Origin: Syntrophobacteraceae bacterium
GTDB lineage: Bacteria; Desulfobacterota; Syntrophobacteria; Syntrophobacterales; Syntrophobacteraceae
Assembly (NCBI GenBank): GCA_033812955.1
Contig: JAPXSS010000006.1
Span: forward strand, 1,911-65,910
Reading direction: 5' to 3'
Length of the DNA: 64,000 nt
The notes under the pieces are model-generated. The model had not been told where the DNA came from. It did not search any database and worked only from the letters and a program-made list of their open reading frames with translations. How positions within the stretch are numbered: position 1 is the first letter of the stretch; the number at the start of each line of letters is the position of its first letter. Positions 27,095 to 36,778 of the stretch are shown piece by piece. A program made the position numbers and the translations under genes.

Positions 27095-29131
27095 ATGAAT
27101 TACCGGAATGTACTGACCACGTGCACCTACTGCGGCTGCGGGTGCACTCTCTATCTCGAGGTTTTGGGCGGCCACCTGGTGAACACGATTCCCTGCAAGA
27201 CCAGCAATCTCAACGAAGGCAAGCTTTGTGTCAAAGGCTGGAACGTCCACGAATTCGTTGAGAGCTCGAATCGCCTGACTCAGCCGTTGCTGCGTAAAGA
27301 TGGCAAGCTGGCCCCGGTTTCCTGGGATGAGGCGCTGGATTTTATTGCCAAACGGCTGAAGGAAATCAAAGAGGCCAACGGCCCTGATAGCATTGCCTTT
27401 CTGGCCTCGGCCAAGGTGACCAACGAGGAAAACTACCTCATCCAGAAGTTCGCGCGAGCGGCAGTGGGAACCAACAATGTCGACCACTGCGCCCGTCTCT
27501 GACACTCCTCGACGGTGGCAGGACTTGCTGCCTCGTTTGGGAGTGGGGCGATGACCAACTCTATCGCCGAAATCGAAAACGCCGATTGCATCATCGTGAT
27601 TGGTTCCAATACCCCATCGAATCACCCGCTGGTCGCAACCCGTATTTACCGCGCCCAGGCAAAGGGGGCGAAACTGGTGGTGGTAGACCCCCGCAAGGTT
27701 CCCTTGGCAAAGAACGCCACCCTGTATGTGCAGCACAAGCTTGGTACTGATGTGGCGCTGATCAACGGGATCATGAACGTCATCCTCACTAACGGCTGGC
27801 ACAACGAGGCCTTCATCAAGGAGCGGACCGAGGGCTTCGAGGAACTCCGCAAGGTGGTCGAACAGTATCCACCGGAGCGTGCGGCGGAGATCACCGGGGT
27901 TTCGGCCGATGACATTCGCACCATCGCCGAATGGTACGCTAAGGCCAAGGCCAGCTCCATTGTCTATTGCATGGGCATCACCCAGCACACGACCGGGGTG
28001 GACAACGTCAAATCCCTGGCCAACCTGGCCATGCTGACCGGCAACATCGGCCGGGAATCGACGGGCGTCAACCCGCTGCGCGGCCAGAACAACGTGCAGG
28101 GGGCCTGCGATATGGGTGGGCTGCCCAACGTCTATCCCGCCTACCAGCCGGTGAACAACCCGGATATTCAGAAGAAGTTCGAAGCCGCCTGGCATGCCAA
28201 ACTCTCCGATAAGATCGGGCTCACTATTCCAGGGGTCCTCGAAGGCTTGTCCGCGGGTATGGTGAAGGCGGTCTACATCGTCGGCGAGAATCCCATGGTG
28301 AGCGACCCTGACGTAAACCACGTGGAAAAGGCCCTGCGCGAAGCGGAGCTGCTGGTGGTCCAGGACATCTTCCTCACCCCGACGGCCGAACTGGCGCATG
28401 TGGTGCTACCCGGCGCCTCCTTTGCCGAAAAGGACGGCACCTTCAGCAACACCGAACGGCGCGTTCAGCGGGTGCGCAAAGCGATTGAACCCATCGGAGA
28501 GTCGCGGGCGGACTGGGAGATCCTCCAGGATCTCTCCACCCGCTTCGGCTACCCCATGAAATACGAGTCCCCGGCCGAAATCATGGCAGAGGTAGCTACG
28601 GTCGCCCCATCCTACGGGGGCATCAGCTACGACCGGCTCGAGGGTGAAGGTCTCTTCTGGCCCTGCGTCAACAAGGACCATCCGGGTACGAGAGTCCTCC
28701 ACCAGGGCAAATTCTCGCGTGGCTTGGGGCTCTTTCATGCAATCGATTTCAAGCCGCCGGCGGAACAGATCGATACCGAATATCCCTTCTGGCTCACCAC
28801 CGGGCGGGTTCACGTGCATTACCATACCGGCACCATGACCCGCAACTCCCCTTCCCTTCATGCGGAAATGCCCGAGGGTTTCCTCGAAATCAACCCGCAG
28901 GATGCCAAAGCACTTGGGGTGAGAGCGGGGGATAGGGTGAAGGTGAGTTCCCGGCGTGGGGAAATGGTGACGCGGGTGGACTGCACCAAGCGGGTAACTC
29001 CCGGAATGGTCTTCATGCCGTTCCATTTTGTAGAAACGTGCGCCAACATCCTGACCAACCCGGCCAATGATCCCATTGCCAAGATTCCCGAGTACAAGGT
29101 GTGCGCGGTGAAGCTGGAAAAGGCGGCATGA
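27095..29131 (+). CDS. fdhA: formate dehydrogenase catalytic subunit (molybdo/tungstopterin), selenoprotein (UGA at 27500-27502)
   Basis: MNYRNVLTTCTYCGCGC (N-terminal 4Fe-4S). Track ORFs 27062..27502 and 27515..29131 share one frame; joined they read NVDHCARL-U-HSSTVAGL, the canonical FdhA/FdhF Sec active-site motif. RBS GAGAGGAG lies before ATG 27095. Confidence 0.9.
27504..27544 (+). promoter_or_regulatory. putative SECIS hairpin for fdhA
   Basis: ACTCC(27504-27508)/GGAGT(27540-27544) outer stem. GGCAG(27517-27521)/CTGCC(27528-27532) apical stem, 6-nt loop GACTTG. Begins directly after the UGA, as in fdhF-type SECIS. Confidence 0.55.
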
Positions 29132-29180
29132 TTCGCCGGATCGTCAGGAACAGACAGAAAAGACCAACCCGGTACCGGGT

Positions 29181-29216
29181 GAGCTCGTTCCCGAGCGGCA
29201 GCTTGGGAACGAGCTC
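29181..29216 (+). terminator. strong hairpin downstream of fdhA (terminator-like, no clear U-tract)
   Basis: Perfect 12-bp stem GAGCTCGTTCCC(29181-29192)/GGGAACGAGCTC(29205-29216), 12-nt loop. Confidence 0.4.
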
Positions 29217-29459
29217 AACAAATGGTTTGAAAAGGATCTCGATTCCCGTTTAGGGGAGTCACCTTCATTGCAGTCTCTGGCATCTTGAGATACCTCTTGA
29301 TTTCTTCTTTCTATTCACATGTGGTGAATCTTGCCGGTTCAAACGGTCTCCTCGAATTGGAAGTACTGCCATCGATCACGATGCGTGGAACAGGTGCCGG
29401 GGCTTTGTCAGACTGTGCAGGTGGAGCCTGGCGAGAGTGATTTTCCGTAAGCTGACGCG

Positions 29460-29970
29460 CTATCCCTGAACGGTGAGTTTTTCAATGATCCAGAGATGCT
29501 CCGGATAGGCTGCCAGCAGGCTCTCGCGGTCACCCAATTCAAAATCCTCGTATTTGAAGCCGGGCGCTACCGTGCATCCCACTAGCGAGTAGGATGCGGG
29601 GTCATCGACGATTGCACCGAACCAGCAGCCGCCGAGAATAGAGATCTGGAAGCGTTCGCCGTGTTCAGGGTCAGCTCCCAGTCTCCAGCGTAGAAGTGTT
29701 CCCGAGTCATCGATCACATAGAGGGTCATGGCACTGCCAGCATAAAAATGCCAGATCTCATCGGCTTTCAGACGATGAAACCGCGAGACTTCGTGGCCCG
29801 GCAAGAGGTAGTGGATAGCCGTGGCAAACAGGCGAGGGCCGCGAAATCGCTCCGGGAGATGCTCTCTCGCGATTTGGTTCCCTCGCCTCATAGGTTCTCC
29901 TGAAATAGCCCCCTTCAGGGTGCCTGGAAAGCTGTAAGGCTTCGATCCAGTAGTCAGCATTCCGACTCAT
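29460..29970 (-). pseudogene. DUF985-type cupin with an apparent frameshift near 29880-29895
   Basis: N-terminus MSRNADYWIEALQLSRHPEGGYFRRTYEA (start ATG 29970, RBS GGGAGG) is in the frame of ORF 29758..30081. The rest (RLFATAIHYLLPGHEVSRFHRLKADEIWHFYAG...) is in the frame of ORF 29460..29960. The switch falls around GAGGCGAGGGAACC. Confidence 0.55.
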
Positions 29971-30014
29971 CACGGAACCTCCCGGTTTCCCCTCAAGCCT
30001 GATGGCGATAGTTA

Positions 30015-32639
30015 TTACTCGGAGGGTACTCCACGCCCCCAGCCCCTCGGTTGACCTTGACCGCCGCCATCTCGCTGCCATTGGCCGCCCCCACCGCCCC
30101 GAGCCCTGGAGTCAAGTTGCGATGCCTGGGGCTGCTGCGGGGTAACCTGCTGGGACGGCGCCACCCATCGCTGGGTTGCGGCCGGTGCCTGCCGCCCAAC
30201 CGCCCTTCCGCTCGCTTCCAGCGGCGGACTTACGGTTCGTGCTGCCGGTCGGCGTACCTCACCACGTGTGCCCGAAGGGGCGGTCCGCTGGCTCCCGCTG
30301 CTCGGGGCTTGGATGGCTGGACCTCCCGGTTGTTGGCTCTGGAGCTCGCGTCCGCTCTGAGGCGGTTGGACCCGCTGGGTCTCGTTTCTTGGGACCTGGA
30401 TGGCCCGACCTCCCGGCTGCGAACCCTGCGGCTCTCCTCCTCCCTGCAACGTTGGTCTGTGCGGGCGACTGCCCGGGGTGGTCGCGGTCGTCGGTTCGCC
30501 TTGATCCGGGGACAGGGTACGCTCGGGTCGTGAATCCGGGTAGCGCCGATCCTGGCCGGTTGCCCGGCCTCTCGAACCGACCTCACCCCCCCCCGGTGAT
30601 GGCTGGTCCGGCTGCGGTCCGGGCCGGCGCATGGTGCGGCTGCGGTCCAGCGGTGACGGGACTTTGCCCGGTTCGGTCGATGTTCCTTCGCCTCCCGCCC
30701 GGGGGGTTCCGACGCCGGGTTCATCCAGCACTCTTGGCTGCCCCGCTTCGGTAGCCCCCCGTTTCTGCCCCGGAGGTGTCGGTCTGAAACGTGGGGTTTC
30801 GCGGGTTGATTTTCCCGTAGGCCCTTCTTTGTCCGTGCGCTCTTCACCGCCGGGTTTCGGCGGCCTCACCCGCTCCCCTTCGGTTGGGGACCGCTGCTCC
30901 CGGGATACAGTGGGGACTTCACCCCCCTTTGGCGACCGTCGGGGTTGCTGTTCATCCATTGCCGGTCTTCCCCAGTCTGGAGCCGAGGGCTGCCGTTCAG
31001 ACCCGAGCCGGTCGGCTCGGACTTCGGACTCACGACCCGGTGCGGCAACGATGGGAGAAGGCGGTTTAGACCTGGCTCGCAGCTCCCGCTGAGGCAGCTG
31101 CAGATCGCTCGTGGCTCTGCCAGCGTCAGACGGGCGGACAAGGCGGTCGGTGACCCGGGGGGCCTCGATGCGGGCCTCGTTGAGCGGCCTGCCGGGCTGG
31201 AAGGCGGCCACCTCCTGCTGAATGGCGCGGGCATTTCCTCCTGCCGTTCTGCGTGCCATCTGCTGGTTGTGGGATATCCGGTTCAGGACACCGTCGTGCG
31301 GCTTGTATTGGACCCTGGCGTTGGTGAAGCGGTGACGATCCCGCATGGTGTCGTAATTATGAATGACCCTGTTGTTCACTACGGGAGCGGCATGGTAGTT
31401 CTTGATGATGTTATTCCGGTTGATGTTGGTGATTCTCACGTTCTGATAATTGTCCACCCCGTAGAAATGGTTCCGCTTAACGATGACCGCCTTGTTGGCA
31501 TAGCGGTAGCGGTTGATGTTGATATTGGTGATATTGACATTATTGACCACAACCGTTCTCGGTCCCCAGCGGCGGTGACAATAGTAGGGTTCAAAGGGAG
31601 CCAGCGGAATCCAGCCGATATTGACTCCCGAATGGATCCACCCCACGCGGCCTGGATACCAGCCAAAGCCAAGGCCCAGCATGGGCCCTATTTCCACCTG
31701 GACGCTCACGACCGGCGGCGCCCAGTACCAGAAGTTGCCAGCGTACACCCAGTTGCCATAATGGTGGGTCACGTAGCCGAAAGGCTCATAAGGAATCCAG
31801 CACTGGTCGCCGTAGTAGGCCGACCATCGACCGGCAGTGAACGGGGCCCACCCGGCCGCAACGGTTGGGCGCCAGAACGGCCGATAGCGCCCTTCATAGT
31901 AGACCTGTTCCCACCTTCCGTTCTCATCGAGGGCATAGGACTCATCATGCAGGCTGGGCGGGAGGTAGCGCACCGATTCGCCGCGCACTTCCGTTCGTTT
32001 GGTCCAGAGCTGGTCGCGTTGGCTGTTCCAGTCATCCCAGTCAACGTCGACATAGCCCTGGCCCGAGCTGACCTGCTGGCCGTCGGTGACCATTGAGGCC
32101 CCCCCGGCGGTGACTTCATACCGGGACTGATCGCCGTCCAGGATCAAATCGACCTTGCCTTTCAGGGCGATGACTTCGAGAGACCGATCACCGACGTAAA
32201 GATCAAACACGCTATTGGCCGGTGCCACCACATAACCGAAAGGCGAGGTTGCGCGGATGATACCCTGGGAGTCCCGGTTGTAGAACCGTGCCATGCCTGC
32301 GGCAACGTCGATTTCGGTAAGGTCCGTGCGCAGAGTGATGAGCTGGATCTGAGTGCTGCTGCCAACCCTGATCCAGGTGTTGTTGGGCATGATGAATTCC
32401 GCTTTACCCGCGGCGTCGGAATAGAGGGAATCCTCCAGGCCAAAGGGGGCATCCCTGACCGTTGCCACCCAGTCCTTCTCCTCGGGTACGTACCGGAGCA
32501 GCTGACCCTCGACGTGGGCAATGCGGCCCACCAGGGTTCCTTCTCCGGCTTCCCCGCTGGCTGCGGGAGCCTGGGACGCCCCGGCTGCCGCAAGCATGAG
32601 TACGAATATAACAAGGAAGCATTTCCTCAACGCTTTCAT
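30015..32639 (-). CDS. secreted FecR-domain-like protein with Trp/Tyr-rich central region and a ~400-aa Pro/Gly/Arg/Gln-rich disordered C-terminal tail
   Basis: Start chosen at MKALRKCFLVIFVLMLAAAGASQA (signal peptide; RBS GGAAGGAGAA upstream). The FecR-like segment GKAEFIMPNNTWIRVGSSTQIQL and aromatic repeats (YGNWVYAGNFWYWAPP, GWYPGRVGWIHSG) follow. The family call is tentative. Confidence 0.55.
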   Translation of the reverse strand: MKALRKCFLVIFVLMLAAAGASQAPAASGEAGEGTLVGRIAHVEGQLLRYVPEEKDWVATVRDAPFGLEDSLYSDAAGKAEFIMPNNTWIRVGSSTQIQLITLRTDLTEIDVAAGMARFYNRDSQGIIRATSPFGYVVAPANSVFDLYVGDRSLEVIALKGKVDLILDGDQSRYEVTAGGASMVTDGQQVSSGQGYVDVDWDDWNSQRDQLWTKRTEVRGESVRYLPPSLHDESYALDENGRWEQVYYEGRYRPFWRPTVAAGWAPFTAGRWSAYYGDQCWIPYEPFGYVTHHYGNWVYAGNFWYWAPPVVSVQVEIGPMLGLGFGWYPGRVGWIHSGVNIGWIPLAPFEPYYCHRRWGPRTVVVNNVNITNININRYRYANKAVIVKRNHFYGVDNYQNVRITNINRNNIIKNYHAAPVVNNRVIHNYDTMRDRHRFTNARVQYKPHDGVLNRISHNQQMARRTAGGNARAIQQEVAAFQPGRPLNEARIEAPRVTDRLVRPSDAGRATSDLQLPQRELRARSKPPSPIVAAPGRESEVRADRLGSERQPSAPDWGRPAMDEQQPRRSPKGGEVPTVSREQRSPTEGERVRPPKPGGEERTDKEGPTGKSTRETPRFRPTPPGQKRGATEAGQPRVLDEPGVGTPRAGGEGTSTEPGKVPSPLDRSRTMRRPGPQPDQPSPGGGEVGSRGRATGQDRRYPDSRPERTLSPDQGEPTTATTPGSRPHRPTLQGGGEPQGSQPGGRAIQVPRNETQRVQPPQSGRELQSQQPGGPAIQAPSSGSQRTAPSGTRGEVRRPAARTVSPPLEASGRAVGRQAPAATQRWVAPSQQVTPQQPQASQLDSRARGGGGGQWQRDGGGQGQPRGWGRGVPSE

Positions 32640-33504
32640 CAGAGTTCTCCTTCCCCCGAAAAGTGGTTCCGCTCGTACCGACGCACACGCCGCCAAACAG
32701 CTTTCAAGGTCACGCTGCAAGGCTAAGCGGATGCGGGCCACACCGAATATTATGGCTCCGCTCCTGATCCAAAGCAACAATCGTTCCATTCGGCTAATCA
32801 GCTGGAATGAAACAGTTCACGGGGATGAGCAGGAGACCGGAAGCAGGATTGGCGTGCCAAAGTTACGAATCGTGCCTGCCCGGTTACGTTTTTTACCCAG
32901 TGAGGCAACCGCCCCTGCTGCGTTTCCATATACCCTGGTCCTCGTCGTTCGGCATTTGAGGTTATCTCTGCGTGTCTTTGAGTGAAAACGCAGGCTCTGC
33001 AATTGACACAGAGGGCATCGCCGAGGCGAAGAGCCTGGGTGTAACGGTCAAGCTGTCTCGATACCTCCCGAGTATTTCGTGCGACTCGCGGAATGTCTCT
33101 ACTGCGGCCTCTTTCGGGACTCTATGAAGAGCCCCCTGGCGAGTGCGCCACCCGCTTCCATCCCTGTTGTGACCAGAGGCGTGGAAGTCTTTGCTGCTCT
33201 GCGGCAGTGGTGGTCGTTGACTCCTCGGTGGGGGCATGCTAGCTTACCGCATTAGGCGCACTTTTTTGCCTTGGCCTGCGGGATTTGGGATGCACCCGGA
33301 GATATCAGAAATAACCTGGTGCTGAATGGATAATTGGATTAGCGACAAAATCAACCATCCCTTTCGAAAAATTCTGTTTGTAACCCATTGCCTTCTTCCA
33401 CCGACTAACAGTCAGGTGTCTGGAAAGATCGCTGAACTCCCGGGCACCGAGCTGAGGTTGGGATATCGGTTGATCGTTAATCATTTAATCAAGAAGGAGA
33501 AAGA

Positions 33505-33852
33505 ATGAAACATGTTAAGCTGGTGGTGATGGTTGGATTGGTGATGATGTTTTTCGTTGCGGGAATGGCGCTTGCCCAGGGCGGCGGTCAGGGGAAGGGT
33601 GCCCAGGGAACTCTTAAGCTGGGCTGTCAAGAGCGTTTTGATGCCCTCGACACCAACAAGGATGGACAGGTCACCAAGGAAGAGTTCATGGCCACTCCCC
33701 ATTACCGGAGTGATCCGGACCAGACCTTCGAATCGATGGATGCCAACGGCGATGGCAGCCTGACCAAGGACGAATTCTGCGCGGACAAAGGCAGGGGCCA
33801 GGGAAAGGGCCAAGGTGCGGGTTACGGCAGAGGCCAGGGAGCCAAACCGTAA
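33505..33852 (+). CDS. small secreted EF-hand calcium-binding protein
   Basis: Signal peptide MKHVKLVVMVGLVMMFFVAGMALA. Two canonical EF loops, DTNKDGQVTKEE and DANGDGSLTKDE. Strong RBS AAGGAGA. Confidence 0.7.
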   Translation: MKHVKLVVMVGLVMMFFVAGMALAQGGGQGKGAQGTLKLGCQERFDALDTNKDGQVTKEEFMATPHYRSDPDQTFESMDANGDGSLTKDEFCADKGRGQGKGQGAGYGRGQGAKP

Positions 33853-34414
33853 TACCTGCAAGGCTCGATAAAGATACCGTCGGCTGGGTTCCGCCCGCTG
33901 GTACCGTTTGCCACGAGGAATCGAGGGACGCGAGCCGCCATCTCTCTTCATTACATTGTTATCACCTGTCGATGACACCCTGTACCTGCACGACGCGGAC
34001 CATGTGGCCCTGTGGAAGCGAGTGCAGCGCCACATCATGGGCCAGCAGCGGCTGGCCAATCAGCCTCGCAACGCTCAGGGGGAAGTAGTCGACTCCTGGT
34101 AGTATTGTTCGATCACAGCTTCATCGAGGGCGTCCACCGAAGGGCGCCCTCTTTTTTTCAGAAGCGGTGGCGCTTGTTCGGATGTTTTGACTCGCTTTTC
34201 CATCACGACAGGACGGTCACTTGAAGAATCAGAGAGTCAATTCACTTTTTCGGGGTACAGGTATGAGATTCAAGGGCTGCCGAGGCGACGGAAATTCTCT
34301 TCAATAGGTCTTCCCGCTGTTACGCTGTAGAATACCCCTGGCAGGGACATCTCTCCTCTATTGCCAAATAGGCACGGTTGGGCGAAGGTACGTCTGCAGG
34401 AAGGTAATGGCAGG

Positions 34415-35175
34415 ATGGATCAAGGAGAGCGGGAACCGCCACTGGAAGAGATTGAATAGACTCTCGACCAGATCGTGAAGGGTCAAGTCCCGGAAGATAA
34501 CATCTTAGAGCAGTGGAGGGTTTTCGGGAAAGGCTTGCCTTTCGCAGAACTTCTCAAACCATGCAGGATCGGAGATGGCATTGCGACGATCAGCTCCGCA
34601 GATTTTGACCGACCCATGCGGCTTCATGGCCAGGTGTCCTCTGCCGGTAGAACCATGTAGTTCGAGCCGGCTTCAGACGCTGCGACCCGTATGTTTAAGG
34701 ATCTCAATGCCACATTGAGCGAAGAAAAACCCGTCACCTTTGAAGAGCTGAAGGAAACTGCCGAGAGCGACAGGACCGCCTAAAATTCGTCACGTTCATA
34801 CTCAATTTGGAGCGATTTGCGTTCCTGGATAGCTTGACAGCGATCATGAGGCAAAACGCCGGTGACCAGAAAACGATTCTTTCCTCCTCTACCCATTTCA
34901 ACCCGGTTGACTTACTCTGCGACGTGCGGAATTACCGAGGAGAGAACTTCAATCTGCCTGAGTTCTCAGACAAAAACATGGGATTCATCACCATCAAATC
35001 CAAGGACGACACGGAGCTCAAGGCCATGGAACTGACCAGGTTGTGGAATGGCGTGATGGCTTTCTGGAACACGATATTCGCGGAGGTTCCCACGAGCACC
35101 TTCAATCCGGTGAAAACGGTCAACGATCTTCTACGTTGGGAACATCAGCCTTCGGGGCTGAATCGCTGGTTGTGA
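34415..35175 (+). pseudogene. decayed DUF4301-family gene (in-frame stops, frameshift, about half the gene deleted)
   Basis: MDQGEREPPLEEIE*TLDQIVKGQVPEDNILEQWRVFGKGLPFAELLKPCRIGDGI...RTM*FEPASDAATRMFKDL... (stops at 34457, 34657, 34781). A C-terminal fragment in another frame reads FNPVDLLCDVRNYRGENF...LWNGVMAFWNTIFAEVPTSTFNPVKTVNDLLR. The family was recognised from memory of DUF4301 conserved blocks. Confidence 0.55.
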
Positions 35176-35277
35176 GTGGGTATTGCCTATTCAATACAGC
35201 ACTGAGAGAACGACGCTGGCCCTGGTTTTGCTGTCGTGATTCACCCGCAATGAGTTCATTTCAAGGAAGGAACTTAC

Positions 35278-36747
35278 ATGATCGTACCGCTGATTCTTTG
35301 CGGAGGATTTGGGACTCACTTGTGGCCTCTGTCGAGGGAGCTTTATCCCAAGCAAGTGATTTCGATGATGGGAGGAGGCCTTTCCCTGCTACAGGAAACG
35401 GTGACCCGTCTCGGGGCATTTCAGGGCCTGGAAAAGCCAATCGTGCTTTGCAACGAGGAGCATCGGTTCATGGCAGCCGCACAGATCCAGGCCCTGGGTG
35501 TCCAGGCCGGGTCGATCATTCTAGAACCCCAGGCACGGAACACGGCACCGGCGCTGGCCGCGGCGGCACTGGAAGTCATGAATGACGGTGAAGATCCGCT
35601 CTTGCTGGTCTTTCCGGCGGATCATTTCTTCGACAGAATCGAACCCCTGACGCAGGCTGTCCATAACGTCCGCAGCCTCGCCGAAAGGGGAGAAATCGTG
35701 GCTTTCGGCATCCGCCCCACTGAACCCTCTCCCGGCTATGGGTACATCGAGCAAGGTGAGGAGATTCCCCTGGATATGATCGACGTGCCACCATCCTGCC
35801 GGGCGTATCGGGTTCAGTCATTCTACGCCAGTCCGCCCCCCACCGCCGCATCCGGTTTCGTGGCATCTCAGCGTCATTATTGGAACAGTGGCATTCTCAT
35901 GGTCAAGGCCTCGGTCCTTTTACGAGAACTGAGGGAATTTGCGCCGGAGGTCCTGGAATGGTGTACACGGGCTCACACCAGGGCCTATCGAGACATGGAT
36001 TTTGTCCGCCTGGAATCGGAAGCGTTTGCCGCCTGCCCCAGTGCCTCTATCGACAGGGTTTTGATGGAAAAGACGAGGAGCGCCGTGATGGTGCCTCTGG
36101 ACAGTCGCTGGCGCGACCTGGGAGCCTGGAGCGACCTCTATAAGGTTCACGACAAGGATGTGGCAGGCAATGTCCTGATCGGTGACGTCATCACCCACAA
36201 GGTCCGCAACAGCTACCTGCATGCCACCAGTCGCATGGTTGCCGCTGTCGGGGTGGAGGATCAGGTCGTGATTGAGACCAAAGATGCGGTCTTCATTGCC
36301 CCTTTCGACCGTGTTGACGAGGTGGATGTGATCGTGAGTCGACTTCAGGCGAGTAACAGAGAGGAGGCCAGAGTACACCCCAAGGTTTACCGGCCTTGGG
36401 GAGCCTACGAAAGCATCGATCTCGGTGAGCGTTTTCAGGTGAAACGCATCACCGTGAATCCGGGCGGCAAACTCTCCCTTCAGAAGCACTATCACCGGGC
36501 CGAACACTGGGTGGTCGTAAAAGGCACCGCGAAGATTACCAGAGATACCGAGGAAATGGTTCTCATGGAAAACCAGTCGACCTATGTTCCGCTCGGGACC
36601 ATTCATCGCCTGGAGAACCCTGGGGATATTCCCCTTGAGCTCATTGAAATTCAAACGGGCAGCTATCTGAAGGAGGACGATATTGTCCGGCTGGACGACG
36701 TCTATGGGAGGACAGAACCGGAGTCGAAAAACCGAAAGGAAGCATGA
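35278..36747 (+). CDS. manC: bifunctional mannose-1-phosphate guanylyltransferase / mannose-6-phosphate isomerase (type II PMI-GMP)
   Basis: LCGGFGTHLWPLSRELYPKQ nucleotidyltransferase N-terminus. C-terminal cupin with RPWGAYESID, KRITVNPGGKLSLQKHYHRAEHWVVVKGTA. Confidence 0.85.
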   Translation: MIVPLILCGGFGTHLWPLSRELYPKQVISMMGGGLSLLQETVTRLGAFQGLEKPIVLCNEEHRFMAAAQIQALGVQAGSIILEPQARNTAPALAAAALEVMNDGEDPLLLVFPADHFFDRIEPLTQAVHNVRSLAERGEIVAFGIRPTEPSPGYGYIEQGEEIPLDMIDVPPSCRAYRVQSFYASPPPTAASGFVASQRHYWNSGILMVKASVLLRELREFAPEVLEWCTRAHTRAYRDMDFVRLESEAFAACPSASIDRVLMEKTRSAVMVPLDSRWRDLGAWSDLYKVHDKDVAGNVLIGDVITHKVRNSYLHATSRMVAAVGVEDQVVIETKDAVFIAPFDRVDEVDVIVSRLQASNREEARVHPKVYRPWGAYESIDLGERFQVKRITVNPGGKLSLQKHYHRAEHWVVVKGTAKITRDTEEMVLMENQSTYVPLGTIHRLENPGDIPLELIEIQTGSYLKEDDIVRLDDVYGRTEPESKNRKEA

Positions 36748-36778
36748 ACAGGGCAACTCTTCGCTGGTTCTTATCGGG

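Noticed and set aside
32845-32861. TGGCAC...TGC on the minus strand upstream of the FecR-like gene, as a possible sigma54 promoter
   Set aside because: The GC dinucleotide is 2 nt out of register relative to the TGGCACG-N4-TTGCW consensus.
33326-33508. 60-aa ORF upstream of the EF-hand gene. The 865-bp FecR-like/EF-hand intergenic region was also considered as a possible sRNA or mobile-element site.
   Set aside because: No motif, repeats or structured element that I could recognise. Left unannotated.
34075-34203. 42-aa minus-strand ORF (MEKRVKTSEQAPPLLKKRGRPSVDALDEAVIEQYYQESTTSP) with a vaguely resolvase/transposase HTH-like continuation in another frame
   Set aside because: Too short and too weak a resemblance. 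No flanking inverted repeats or catalytic domain. Not reported as a mobile-element remnant.
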